From a virus: 64,000 nucleotides of DNA. The stretch covers positions 52,898-116,897 of the IMG/VR virus record IMGVR_UViG_3300013111_000325; one strand, given 5' to 3'. Numbering within the stretch: position 1 is the first letter of the stretch; every line of letters begins with the position of its first letter. Under the pieces are notes generated by a model. The model was not told the DNA's origin. It was given only the letters and a program-made list of their open reading frames with translations, and did no database searches. A program made the position numbers and the translations under genes. This document shows positions 51,945 to 62,147 of this stretch, one piece after another.

Positions 51945-52484
51945 AATATTAGAACCTGGTGAAAAGGTATTAGGTTCAAAAACTGCTGGTTCTTATTTTG
52001 TTAGAGAGTTTGTTGATGGTGAACACATGGGTGGTTCATTTTTCAAAACAGAAAAAGAAGCAAAAGATTATATTAAAGAATTTGTTGATCCCGAAATATG
52101 GAAGTACAATGAAGATAAATACGTTTCATAAAAAATACAAGAATATAACCCCTGCAAATGGGTTCATGACGAAAAACTCGGTTTTTCGTAAGCAATTTGA
52201 TCGTGTAATGGCACCATACGTTGTGTGTGCAGATGGTTTTACGATGTCAGTACAAGCATCTGGTACTCATTATTGTGAGCCTAGGGCAAATGTAGAGAGA
52301 TACAGGTCCTTTGAGATTGGGTTTCCTAGTCAGAAAGAACCTTTGATTATGGCATACTGTGAAGATGATTCCAAACCGACTGATACGGTTTATGGTTGTG
52401 TGCCATGTGCAGTTATTAATGAGGTACTTGAAAAGCATGGTGGTATTGATATTGATGCTACGCTAAAAAGAGCAGAAGAGGTGA

Positions 52485-53330
52485 ATGGCTGAAGAATACG
52501 ATAGAGTAGATTTTGAGACAACTTATGGTATGACACCATATTCTATATGGGAAAGTGAAGATCCAAAATACTCAAATCCTATTCTTAAATATCTCAAAGA
52601 GAGACACGGCCAATCTACAAGAGAAAATACATTAAAAAGTTTTGGTGGTGCAGGAGAGAATACCGCTTATACTGCTACCACAAGTTACTTTAATCCAAAA
52701 CTTTGTAGAATTGTATATTCATCATACTGCCCTAAAAATGGTACGATATTTGATCCTTTCAGTTCTGTGGTTCGTCCTTATGTTGCTAAGTTGATGGATT
52801 ATAATTATACCGGTTGTGAAATTAGAAAAGATGAATGTGAAAAGATTAATGATATACTGAATGCAGGATCTTTATTTGAGACAAGTGAAGTATCTGTACA
52901 TAATGTTGATTGTAGAAAATTTGAGACTGATCAAAAATTTGATTTGATATTCACTTGCCCACCATATTGGAATCTAGAAACTTATTCTGATATGGATTCT
53001 GATTTGAGTAACATATCAGATTACAAACAATTCATATCAGAAATGAGTACAGTATATAATAAGTGTGCCAATCTGATGCATGAGAATTCTTATTGTTGTT
53101 TTGTTGTTGCAGATTTTAGAGATTATTCTGAAGGACGTAAATTGATAAATCGTTTAGTACCTTTTGTTTCAGATATGATAAGATGTGGTGAGAATTCTGG
53201 TCTGACTTTATACGATAAGGTGATTATCAAGAAACCTTTAGGTACGGCTCCTTCAAGATTGAAATTGTGGAATAACAGAAAAACCGTAAGAATCCACGAA
53301 GAATTGATTATTTTTAGAAAAAATGCTTGA
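52485..53330 (+). CDS. DNA amino-methyltransferase (N4-C/N6-A type)
   Basis: IFDPFS, GCEI, FTCPPYW and HE.LIIF. Confidence 0.8.
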   Translation: MAEEYDRVDFETTYGMTPYSIWESEDPKYSNPILKYLKERHGQSTRENTLKSFGGAGENTAYTATTSYFNPKLCRIVYSSYCPKNGTIFDPFSSVVRPYVAKLMDYNYTGCEIRKDECEKINDILNAGSLFETSEVSVHNVDCRKFETDQKFDLIFTCPPYWNLETYSDMDSDLSNISDYKQFISEMSTVYNKCANLMHENSYCCFVVADFRDYSEGRKLINRLVPFVSDMIRCGENSGLTLYDKVIIKKPLGTAPSRLKLWNNRKTVRIHEELIIFRKNA

Positions 53331-53385
53331 CAAGTGAGCCCAGTTTGCTACAATAGATCATGTGAGTTGATGATTAACCTTTGAC
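53327..53385 (+). promoter_or_regulatory. repeated early promoter with leader
   Basis: TTGACA-16-TACAAT…GTGAGTTGATGATTAACCTT. Confidence 0.85.
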
Positions 53386-53564
53386 GAGAATTCTAATGGA
53401 AATTCGTGAGTTTGAAATGTCCGATGATGCTTTTATTGAAATGGTCGGTTCTATCACTCCTGATATGACTGATGAAGAGATTATGGTTCTCATTGATGAA
53501 ATTGAGTCCAAAGAAGAGGCCCGCATTGAACTTGCCGATATGGCACGAGATGGATGGAGATAAT

Positions 53565-53921
53565 ATGGCTGAAATGACTGAAAGACTTGATGCGTTACTT
53601 GACCACATGAGGGCAGATTATAAAGCATGGGCCGACCTTGGTCCTGATCCTCACGGTACTCGTGCTTCTATGTATGAAGAATATTCAGATAGTCTTGACT
53701 ATACTATCGGTAAGAAGTATATTAAAGTATTGAAGCGAGAAGGTGATAATCATTCCAGCGTGTGTGCTTTTGTTGTCAATGTTGATAATGATAAAAAATT
53801 CAACTATGGTGATATTTTAATGCCTGCTGGTTGGGCGGCACCTGCACGTAACTTTGCTCGTGGCAACATTTTTGATACCGAGCGAGGCTTTGAACGTGTA
53901 CGATGGACTGGTGCTTTATGA
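53565..53921 (+). CDS. conserved phage early protein
   Basis: GKKYIKV…SV.AFV…GDIL.PAGW.APARN.ARGNI; ATG after GGAG. Confidence 0.6.
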   Translation: MAEMTERLDALLDHMRADYKAWADLGPDPHGTRASMYEEYSDSLDYTIGKKYIKVLKREGDNHSSVCAFVVNVDNDKKFNYGDILMPAGWAAPARNFARGNIFDTERGFERVRWTGAL

Positions 53922-54226
53922 ATAACAAAGGTGGGTATCAGATGATATCTACCACAGACTTAAATGGAAAAAATGAATATTAGACCAATAGATAATAATT
54001 TTTTTAGATTTACATCTAAATATGATAAGCGTAAATTGGTAATTGAAATAGATGGTGATAGCACCAAAGATGAATTGTGTGAAGCATTCACTGCATTTCT
54101 TAATGCATCAGGTTATTCTTATACTGATCGTGTTGAATGTGTCTCTGGAGATGATCCAAGAGATGCTTTTGCTGAGACTTATAGCAATTCAGACGAATAC
54201 GAGGAAGATATACCATTTTAATTAAT

Positions 54227-54309
54227 GGGGAGGCTGGGCATAGGTGAGCCCAACAGGCTGTAAACCTGCCGTATATACTGTGGCGGTTCGACTCCGTCTC
54301 TCCCCACCA
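54227..54309 (+). tRNA. tRNA-Tyr (GTA)
   Basis: GGGGAGG/TCTCCCC acceptor, CAGG-CTGTAAA-CCTG, GGTTCGACTCC and encoded CCA. Confidence 0.88.
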
Positions 54310-54311
54310 TG

Positions 54312-54389
54312 GGTCCCATCGTTCAGTCAGGTCTAGGACACGGCACTGTCACTGCCGAGACACGAGTTCAAATCTCGTTGGGACCGCCA
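54312..54389 (+). tRNA. tRNA-Asp (GTC)
   Basis: GGTCCCA/TGGGACC, CGGCA-CTGTCAC-TGCCG, GTTCAAATC and CCA. Confidence 0.92.
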
Positions 54390-55028
54390 ACAAAGTGATT
54401 ATGGATACTGAAGATTTGAAAGAAGAAAGACAAATGAGCAAGGCAGGAAGTCTTGCAATGGAATTGTCAAAAGAAAAAAAGCGGCTTCAAGAAGAACTTG
54501 AAGAAATGCAACAACAGTTTGAGGAGGTTTCTCCAAGTACACCAACGGGAGGACCAGATTCCTATTTCAAATGGATTGGAGTTGTATCAGCCGTCATAGG
54601 AATATTTTTACAGAATTCAAACTTACCTTTATTTGGACAATTTTTTTATGTGATTGGAGCATATTCTTGGACGGCAGTAGGATTTTATTGGAACGATAAA
54701 GCAGTTATGTTAGGAAGTGTTATTCCTGCTACAGTAGTGGCAATGAATTTAACTAAAGAACTGGTAAAGATTTTATAAGTATAACAGAACATTTATAAAG
54801 AAACTACTATGAAAAAAATGACAAAACACACATTAAAAGAACTAAAAAGATCATCTGTTAAGGTGGGGTTATTAATTTTAGTTCTACCATTTGGAATTAG
54901 TGCTTCTTTTAATTTCCTCCCACTTTGGTTGTCATTACCGATTGGGTTTATATTGGGTTTATCAGAGTTAATATTAATAGCAACCTTTGTGTTTATAGAG
55001 GTGGAGTTGCTGTATACAAAGGAAAAAA

Positions 55029-55199
55029 ATGAGTAGGGTCAGTTGTGGTGGAGAATGTCTTACTAATTTAGACCATAACTGTGTAGGTTGTGACAGAACA
55101 CCAACAGAAGAAGCGATGTGGGAACTTTATACATCAGAAGAGAGAGAGGAAATTGTAAAGGAGATACAGTCTTTTCTGGAAGAACAAAATGAAAATTAA
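55029..55199 (+). CDS. DUF1289-like small Cys protein (not in ORF track)
   Basis: C…C…CVGCDRT..E..MW. Confidence 0.6.
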   Translation: MSRVSCGGECLTNLDHNCVGCDRTPTEEAMWELYTSEEREEIVKEIQSFLEEQNEN

Positions 55200-55652
55200 T
55201 CACTTATAAAATTAAAAGGGATCAATAAAAAATGTCACCTACGTATAATTACCGATGCAATTATTGTAAGAAAGAGTGGGAAGAAGAAGTTCCTAATGAA
55301 GAACAAAAACTGCATCCAACACAAGTTTTGCAACCAGTTGAGTGTGACATTTTTGTTGCACCACATGCTGGTGTTGCAAAATGTGATGTGGAACTTGTTC
55401 TTAAAAAAACAAAATAAATACATGATTAAAGGATATTATGAAAAACATATTTAAATTTATGGGAGTATCAATACTCGGTACGTTTGGTTTATATTTAATT
55501 CAACCCTATGCACCTTTGGTTGTGGGTGTGGCCTGTTTGTTTTTTGCTTGGCAATTGTTTGTGTCCGCTCTTCCTGAGATTGAAGATTGGCGATATACAA
55601 TTCTTAAAGCAGAAGTAGAAAGCCTTAAAAGGTGGGTATACAAATTCTAAAC

Positions 55653-55727
55653 AGGTCATTGGTGTTAATGGTAGCATGTCGGACTCCAAATCCGAAGGTA
55701 CGGGTTCAAATCCTGTATGACCTGCCA
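55653..55727 (+). tRNA. tRNA-Trp (CCA)
   Basis: AGGTCAT/ATGACCT, TCGGA-CTCCAAA-TCCGA, GGTTCAAATCC and CCA. Confidence 0.93.
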
Positions 55728-55729
55728 AT

Positions 55730-55804
55730 GTGACCGTGACTGAATGGTGAGGTAACAGATTGCAAATCTGATTAATGCAGGTTCAAATCCTGTCGGTCAC
55801 TCCA
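55730..55804 (+). tRNA. tRNA-Cys (GCA)
   Basis: GTGACCG/CGGTCAC, CAGA-TTGCAAA-TCTG, GGTTCAAATCC, U discriminator and CCA. Confidence 0.92.
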
Positions 55805-56234
55805 TAAATATTTGAATGAACTATGATATTTTACTTCTAACTTTAACAATCGTATGTGCTTTAACAGTTGGTGCGTATGTATACAAAAAAGAAATTGATA
55901 CACCACCTCCGCCTAAACCAGATATACGATACTATCATATAAATTTTTAATTCATCTCCGGCCTATATAATAATGTAATGAATAATACAAGGAGATTTTA
56001 TGTTGAATACTATTAAGGTACACTGTAATGAAATAACAAAAGGACAGTGTATGGCACAATTGGATGGAGAAATTCAAGTTTGTGGTAAACATAATATATG
56101 TGCAGTGAATGAAATTAGATGGAATCTTCATGGAACTTCTAATGGAGAAGTTTTTGAAGAGGCCTTTAAACAAATTTGGGACATGGCCTATACAGAAGGT
56201 TTAGAGGATAGATCGTTTACATAAAAAAAATAAT

Positions 56235-56459
56235 ATGCCATTATACGAATATAAATGTGAAGTTTGCTCTAATATAGAAGAGAGTATTGAAAAAATAAAT
56301 ACAGAAAAAATAGAATGCCCTATTTGTAATAACACGGCAAAAAGAATTATTAGTTTATCTAGTTTTGAATTGAAAGGTAGTGGTTGGTATAAAGATGGTT
56401 ATTCATCAATTATTCCAAACAATACGGAAAAAAACAATACAGAAGACCAAACATCGTAA
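56235..56459 (+). CDS. FmdB-family zinc-ribbon protein
   Basis: MPLYEYKCEVC…CPIC…FELKGSGWYKDGY. Confidence 0.85.
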   Translation: MPLYEYKCEVCSNIEESIEKINTEKIECPICNNTAKRIISLSSFELKGSGWYKDGYSSIIPNNTEKNNTEDQTS

Positions 56460-56645
56460 TTATGTCAACTTCCGATCAAAAAGCATTTGAAGAATTTCTA
56501 AAAATCATGTTAGATGATGATCAAAGGTTTCCATGTACATATAAACCTAATAAAAGCAGTAAAGAATTTACTGAAGGTCTAGAAAAAATTCTTCAGGAAA
56601 AACAAATCGAAATAAATCGAAATAAAACGAAATAAGGAGAATATT

Positions 56646-57215
56646 ATGAAAGTTTCACTACGCAAAGCAAATGCACTTCAAGAACAACTTAACGAGGCGA
56701 TTAAAAGTCGTCCTAGTGCAGACCACGAGGTCAATGTTGTTGACCATGAAATGTGGAAGACTGAGGTAGAGAGTGCCCAGGCCAAATACTATGATGAAGT
56801 GAAGCGAAAACTTGAAATGGTTGAAACCAGGTTTTCTATTCGCAAGAGTATTGCCAACCATAATACCTTGTGTGGTGTTACCGATTTGCTTACGGATCTC
56901 AATCATGTTGAGAGTAAGATTACCACAATCCAGAGATGGATTATTCAAAGAGAAGTTCGTTCAAAAGACGAGGTTCTTGAAAAACAAAGAAACCGTAAAG
57001 TGGCTCGTGCCGAGAATGCAGATTACGATGGCTACATCTCCATGGATGTATCCGTCATCGGTAAGAACGACCATGAACACTGGACTGAAAAAGTTAAAGT
57101 GTTGAAGCGAAACAAAGCCAAAATCAACGATGAGTTATTGTCGTTGAACATCAAAACTGAAATAGAGTTATCACCGCAGGTGGTGAGGATTCTCAAACAA
57201 GAGAATTTGATCTGA
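56646..57215 (+). CDS. coiled-coil protein (DIP1984/DUF6847-like)
   Basis: MKVSLRKANALQ…I…N…DELLSLNIKTEIEL; strong AAGGAG RBS. Confidence 0.6.
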   Translation: MKVSLRKANALQEQLNEAIKSRPSADHEVNVVDHEMWKTEVESAQAKYYDEVKRKLEMVETRFSIRKSIANHNTLCGVTDLLTDLNHVESKITTIQRWIIQREVRSKDEVLEKQRNRKVARAENADYDGYISMDVSVIGKNDHEHWTEKVKVLKRNKAKINDELLSLNIKTEIELSPQVVRILKQENLI

Positions 57216-57225
57216 CTTGTGGTGC

Positions 57226-57469
57226 GGGAAGAGTGGGAGGTCCGATTACAACCACATGTAATCACTTGCCTTCTGGCATTTATCAAAAGCAATTACGGAG
57301 GAACTAGATGTTTGCTTCTGTTAAAAGAGGACCTTTTTGCTTGTTGTGAGGTGAAACCCACCATACCTTGTAGACAGAGAACGACATTAGGCATCAAACT
57401 TGCACTTTGTTCGTTGTAAGTTGCTTGAATGAACCGACTGGAACATTCGTTGTTTTTCTCATTCTTCCC
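57226..57469 (+). ncRNA. candidate structured RNA downstream of the coiled-coil gene
   Basis: 15-bp closing stem with G-U pairs, internal hairpins and TTG repeats every 7 nt. Confidence 0.55.
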
Positions 57470-58052
57470 ATTTACAAACCTCCCAAGTATGCTCACAATA
57501 TTCAGTATTTACATTAGGGTTAGTACACTTCCAAATTTCTATATCTGAAAAAATGTTAGTTTTTAGATTTCTTATACCTTCCAAATAAACATCTTGATTG
57601 ATTCCACACTTGAGTTTATATTCAAGACATATCATTTTTGATGTATCTTCTATTTGATTAAAATAATTAAAAATTTTCACAATCACTTTTTTTTCTATCT
57701 CTTCATCCCAGTCGCTATCTAAATCACTATATAATGTGATTTTGAGTTTTTGCTGGTTATTATTTAAAATTTTTGTAATAACCTTTTGTGCCATTCCAGT
57801 TATAAACGAACCTGCTTTAATATCTAAGGCAAAATAATTATCCCAAGTTATTGAATCAAATGATAAATATGGACCTGTTGAGGTTTGATGACAAGTATAC
57901 GTAAGTTCACCTGCAGGACCTACGGTAAGTTCATTTATTACATCAGATGTTAATTTAATATCTGGAAGTGCGTTCCATGGCGGAAAATAATTTCTGATGG
58001 CATCTTTAGGATTAAAATTGAATGTTTCAGAATAATAAACTTTTGTATCCAT
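57459..58052 (-). CDS. hypothetical protein, the only convincing minus-strand gene
   Basis: 197-aa ORF filling a gap that has no + strand ORF. Confidence 0.65.
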   Translation of the reverse strand: MDTKVYYSETFNFNPKDAIRNYFPPWNALPDIKLTSDVINELTVGPAGELTYTCHQTSTGPYLSFDSITWDNYFALDIKAGSFITGMAQKVITKILNNNQQKLKITLYSDLDSDWDEEIEKKVIVKIFNYFNQIEDTSKMICLEYKLKCGINQDVYLEGIRNLKTNIFSDIEIWKCTNPNVNTEYCEHTWEVCKWEE

Positions 58053-58071
58053 AAAAATATTTAGAAAAAAC

Positions 58072-58132
58072 TTGACATGTTCTCTTATTTTGCTATACTA
58101 ATAATGTAGTTAATGATTAACCCCTGCCGAGA
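58072..58132 (+). promoter_or_regulatory. repeated early promoter with leader
   Basis: TTGACA-16-TATACT…TGATTAACCCC. Confidence 0.85.
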
Positions 58133-58914
58133 ATGATTATGGCTATTAATGATAACTCAATATTCGTTGGTGATGCGGTGAGATTGTCGGGTAAAACTCG
58201 TCACGGTAAAAATCGTATTCGTGAGAATGGTGATATGTGGGAAGTCATCACTATTGATGGCGGTGAGAGTTCAATTCTCTCTACTAAAATTTGTGTCGTT
58301 CCTATGATGGAAGGTCGCAGAGAGAACTGGCGTTGGCTTGATCTTCCAGAAGATGAGCATATGGAAATTGAAATTATAGATAATGAGGTAGTATTATGAG
58401 TATGATAATGTGTAAGTATGGTTGTTTAAGTGATACTGATGAATTCCCAGAGTTTGAGTGGGATGAAGAAGAAGGTTATACGTGTGAATTTTGTGCAGAA
58501 GAAGAAAGAGATTCCTTGCGGATGTTCCGATACTTCCGCACCAGAGTAGATTCTTTTTTATATTCATAAAGGAAAAAATATGAGTGAGGAAAGACTAGAA
58601 CATTCAATTGCGTTGGTTCTTGCACGTTGGATGGGTGGTGAGAATTTGAAAGAAGCAACCGAAGAGGTTGCACGTATGGCTAGACTTTACTACGAAACTG
58701 GTTCAATAGAGGAGGACGAATTATGAGTGGAGTATTTGATTTGAAACTTATGGAAGGAGTTAGAGCAAAGGTTGCTGAGAAGAAGAGGAAACAAGCAGAA
58801 GAGTTTGCAGAACTTGTGAGTGGTCTAGACCCAGAGAGTATATTTTTTGCTGAACGGCTTTTTGGAGTAAACGGAAGCCGACTTGAAATAAATGGTAAAA
58901 AGTGAAAAACGTTC

Positions 58915-58970
58915 TTGACAAATGGTCAGAGTTTGCTATTATATAATTGTAGAGTGAGTTAAAACCTTTC
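58915..58970 (+). promoter_or_regulatory. repeated early promoter with leader
   Basis: TTGACA-16-TATTAT…GTGAGTTAAAACCTTT. Confidence 0.8.
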
Positions 58971-59145
58971 AAAATAAATAATTTATGTTTTTTCTTGTCA
59001 AATATTCAATGGTTGCAGTTGCGTTTTATCTTATCATGTCAGGTCTCATTTCTGTTGACTTGTCTGGTGAGAGTGTTGGTGTAAGTGTTAATTACGTAAC
59101 GGCAAGCGAAAAAATAATTGAAGACATCTCAAGCCTCGTAAAATT

Positions 59146-59673
59146 ATGAAAGTAAGAATTCACGGTAAAAATTTACCATCAAAATTCCGTCATGGTGTGT
59201 TCGGTATGACACATCTGTCCATGCGTAATTTGCTTGATAATCGTAGAGTTGTCAACAATCTTGAAATTGACATTCACTTTCGTCACCATGCTGATAATGG
59301 TGAAGCAATGATACACGAGAATGAATTTCGATCAAGACCTAGAAAATTTCGTGTGATTATTGATCCATATAAAGTACGTGTGGATGATTATGGTCGTGAA
59401 TTAGAAGATGAAGAACATGCCAATGAAATGTTCAAGGTTCTCGGTCATGAGTTGGTTCATGTTAAACAGTATGTTGTTGGTGACTTGGCAATGAAAGCCA
59501 AGGGTATGTATTGGAAGGGTGAGTTGACAGATGTTAAGAGCATGAAAGATTATTTCAAGAGTCCTTGGGAAGTTGAAGCATATGGTCTTGAGAGATATCT
59601 TTGGTTGAATTTTATTGACTTCTGGACTTCCGAAATTGAAAACAACGATTTATTCAAAGATTGTTTAGATTGA
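59146..59673 (+). CDS. HExxH zinc metallopeptidase-like protein
   Basis: LGHELVHVKQ and PWEVEAY. Confidence 0.75.
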   Translation: MKVRIHGKNLPSKFRHGVFGMTHLSMRNLLDNRRVVNNLEIDIHFRHHADNGEAMIHENEFRSRPRKFRVIIDPYKVRVDDYGRELEDEEHANEMFKVLGHELVHVKQYVVGDLAMKAKGMYWKGELTDVKSMKDYFKSPWEVEAYGLERYLWLNFIDFWTSEIENNDLFKDCLD

Positions 59674-60263
59674 GAAATAATATGTTAATTGAAAATCGAG
59701 CAGATAACCTAAACAGTTCCTATGGACTTGTGTGTGGTTCACCGGAAGTTGGAAACATTATCAGTAAATACCAGTCAGCAATGATTGCTTTGGGCTATGA
59801 ACTTGAGCGTTACGTCAGTGACAATTGTCCGATTGATGAAATAGTATTCAAAAAAAGATTTGACATTGAAGGTCAAAAACGAAGAATTGAACCAGACTTT
59901 TTTTATGATGATGGATCAACCATTCATGTTGGTGAAATGAAATTGGGTTCTAAATTTGATACAAAAAAATCGGATGGAGAGATTAAAAACCTATACAAGT
60001 TGAAACAAAAGTTTGAAAATGTAGGTCGTGAAGTAGAACTATATTTCTGTTCATATATGGCAACAAACGAAATGGAAGTTATTGATGGTCTCAAAGGTCG
60101 TGCAACGAGTGATATAAATTTATTATATGGTAGATTATTTTTTGACTGGTTCAATATTGATTATGATGCTTTTATAGATTATCTAAAAACACAACAGAAA
60201 GCAAATCGATTGTATTTTAAAAAAGCGATTGATTTAGAGTACGAGCGTATGGGTATCTTGTGA
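59661..60263 (+). CDS. putative type II restriction endonuclease (PD-(D/E)xK)
   Basis: EPDFF…GEMKLG..FDTKKS; overlaps the downstream MTase. Confidence 0.6.
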   Translation: MFRLRNNMLIENRADNLNSSYGLVCGSPEVGNIISKYQSAMIALGYELERYVSDNCPIDEIVFKKRFDIEGQKRRIEPDFFYDDGSTIHVGEMKLGSKFDTKKSDGEIKNLYKLKQKFENVGREVELYFCSYMATNEMEVIDGLKGRATSDINLLYGRLFFDWFNIDYDAFIDYLKTQQKANRLYFKKAIDLEYERMGIL

Positions 60264-61105
60264 AGCCTATTTTTAAATATTCAGGCGGAAAGACGAGAGA
60301 GTTAAAAAGAATAGATAAGATAATTGATGGCTTGTCTTTCGAAAGAATAATAGAACCTTTTGCTGGAGGTTGTGCTTTTGCATTTTCACAAGAGAAACCG
60401 TCCATAATTTCTGATATACGTCATAACAATATTGATGTATATAAAGCAGTGAAAGACAAATCTCAATTTGATATTCTTCTACAAAAGGTCGAGGAAACAA
60501 GACTAATAACTGATAGAAAGGAACTTGAAATATTATTTTATTATTGGAGAGATGACAAATATCAAAATTGCGATACTTTATGGGAAAAAGCCTTTCGGTG
60601 GTTGATTATACGCCAACTTTGTTTTTCTGGTATGGACAGAGTAAACAAGCAAGGTAAATTTAATGTTCCGTATGGATGGTATCCTAAATTTTCTTGCTCT
60701 TTGAATGAGGATCACCATAGATTATTGCAAGATTGGGACATTGATGTTTGCTCATTTGAGACAAGCATTGCAAAGGCAACTCAAAATGATTTCATATTTT
60801 TAGATCCACCATATCTTGATAGAAATTCTGACTATGGTGACACTTCGCACAACATATCTTTACATGAAAAATTGTTCGAAATGTTATCAAAGACAGAGGC
60901 TAAATGGCTATTGATACATTCAGAACATGATTTTTACAAGAATACGTATCAAGATTATCATATCATTTCAGATGATTTCAAGTATGGTTCTCAATGGAAA
61001 GGACGAGAACAAAAAGATAGAAAGGTGAATCATCTGTACATCTCAAATTTTATACCAGAAGATAAAAAAAATCTTGACATCTTTGACAAATTTGCTATTA
61101 TATAA
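60260..61105 (+). CDS. Dam-family DNA adenine methyltransferase
   Basis: KYSGGK, EPFAGG, N..G.FNVPYG and FLDPPY. Confidence 0.92.
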   Translation: MKPIFKYSGGKTRELKRIDKIIDGLSFERIIEPFAGGCAFAFSQEKPSIISDIRHNNIDVYKAVKDKSQFDILLQKVEETRLITDRKELEILFYYWRDDKYQNCDTLWEKAFRWLIIRQLCFSGMDRVNKQGKFNVPYGWYPKFSCSLNEDHHRLLQDWDIDVCSFETSIAKATQNDFIFLDPPYLDRNSDYGDTSHNISLHEKLFEMLSKTEAKWLLIHSEHDFYKNTYQDYHIISDDFKYGSQWKGREQKDRKVNHLYISNFIPEDKKNLDIFDKFAII

Positions 61106-61135
61106 GCATGTGAGTGAGACATTAACCCTTTCCGA
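61074..61135 (+). promoter_or_regulatory. repeated early promoter with leader
   Basis: TTGACA-16-TATTAT…GTGAGTGAGACATTAACCCTTT. Confidence 0.8.
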
Positions 61136-61280
61136 AAACAATCATTATGGGACAGTCATGAATATAGAATGTAGAAGAGGTGTTACCCTTTCTGTTATTG
61201 AGGGTATTGTTGGTTGGACTTTTGCCGTTGGCATTGTCTATCTTAATTTTGTAATTGCTTTTTCTCTCTAAGGAGTTCAT

Positions 61281-61850
61281 ATGAGTACAAATGCATTAGT
61301 TGCTTTTTCAAGAAGTGATGGTTCAATTGTTTCAAGTTATGTTCATTATGATGGTTATGTGACTGGTCTGGGCGAGACTTTGCTTGAGCATTACAATGAT
61401 GAGAAATCAGCATTGGGTGTTTCAGTTGGCGGTTATTACTCAAGTCTTTCTGAAGATATTAATGCTTCACTTGAGAATTCGGTTCATACTGAAGAACCTG
61501 AGATGTTTGACTCTTTCAACGAGTTCCGAGATTATGTTGAAGAAAATGGCCATCTTGAATTTTGTTACTTGTGGGTAGATGGTCGTTGGATTTATTCCAG
61601 TTGGACAACTACTACAACTGGTGTTGGTCGTTATACTGAGTGGCATACATCTTTCAATGGTTTTGCTGAGTTGATTCCTGCGTATGTCAGAGAAGGGCGT
61701 AAGTTGGTTAATAGATACCGAGACATTGCTCTTGAAGATAATCGTGATACTGCTGAATATAATGAGTATGCAGATGCTACTGAGGTGATTGTTGACAAGT
61801 GGAATTGGATTGGTGTTAGCAACATCGCCAGAGAATTCATGGCGGCATAA
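61281..61850 (+). CDS. conserved phage early protein
   Basis: MST…YVHYDGY..G.G..L..HY motif. Confidence 0.65.
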   Translation: MSTNALVAFSRSDGSIVSSYVHYDGYVTGLGETLLEHYNDEKSALGVSVGGYYSSLSEDINASLENSVHTEEPEMFDSFNEFRDYVEENGHLEFCYLWVDGRWIYSSWTTTTTGVGRYTEWHTSFNGFAELIPAYVREGRKLVNRYRDIALEDNRDTAEYNEYADATEVIVDKWNWIGVSNIAREFMAA

Positions 61851-62147
61851 ATAATTTCATGTCGTATTCAAGATGGATTAATTCTACATTATATACTTAT
61901 TGGTGTAGTTCCCAAGCGTGTGGTAAGCAAGATGAACTTTTTGCTTGCCACACTTCTTTGGATGTAATGGGTGAACATATGTTTACCTATACAGAGTGTA
62001 AAGAATTTATACAAGATCCCGAAAAAATTTTATCTAGAGTAAAAGATGTTGAATTGACATCTGATGAAATAAAAGAACTGATAGGTTATATGTCAGAGTT
62101 TGTTTCGGATGTTGATTTGAGTTATGAAAGAAAATTAACTGAGTTAC

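Noticed and set aside
55653-55727. Stop-codon recoding or suppressor tRNA
   Set aside because: The anticodons are standard (GTA, GTC, CCA, GCA), and known genes translate full-length with all three stop codons in use.
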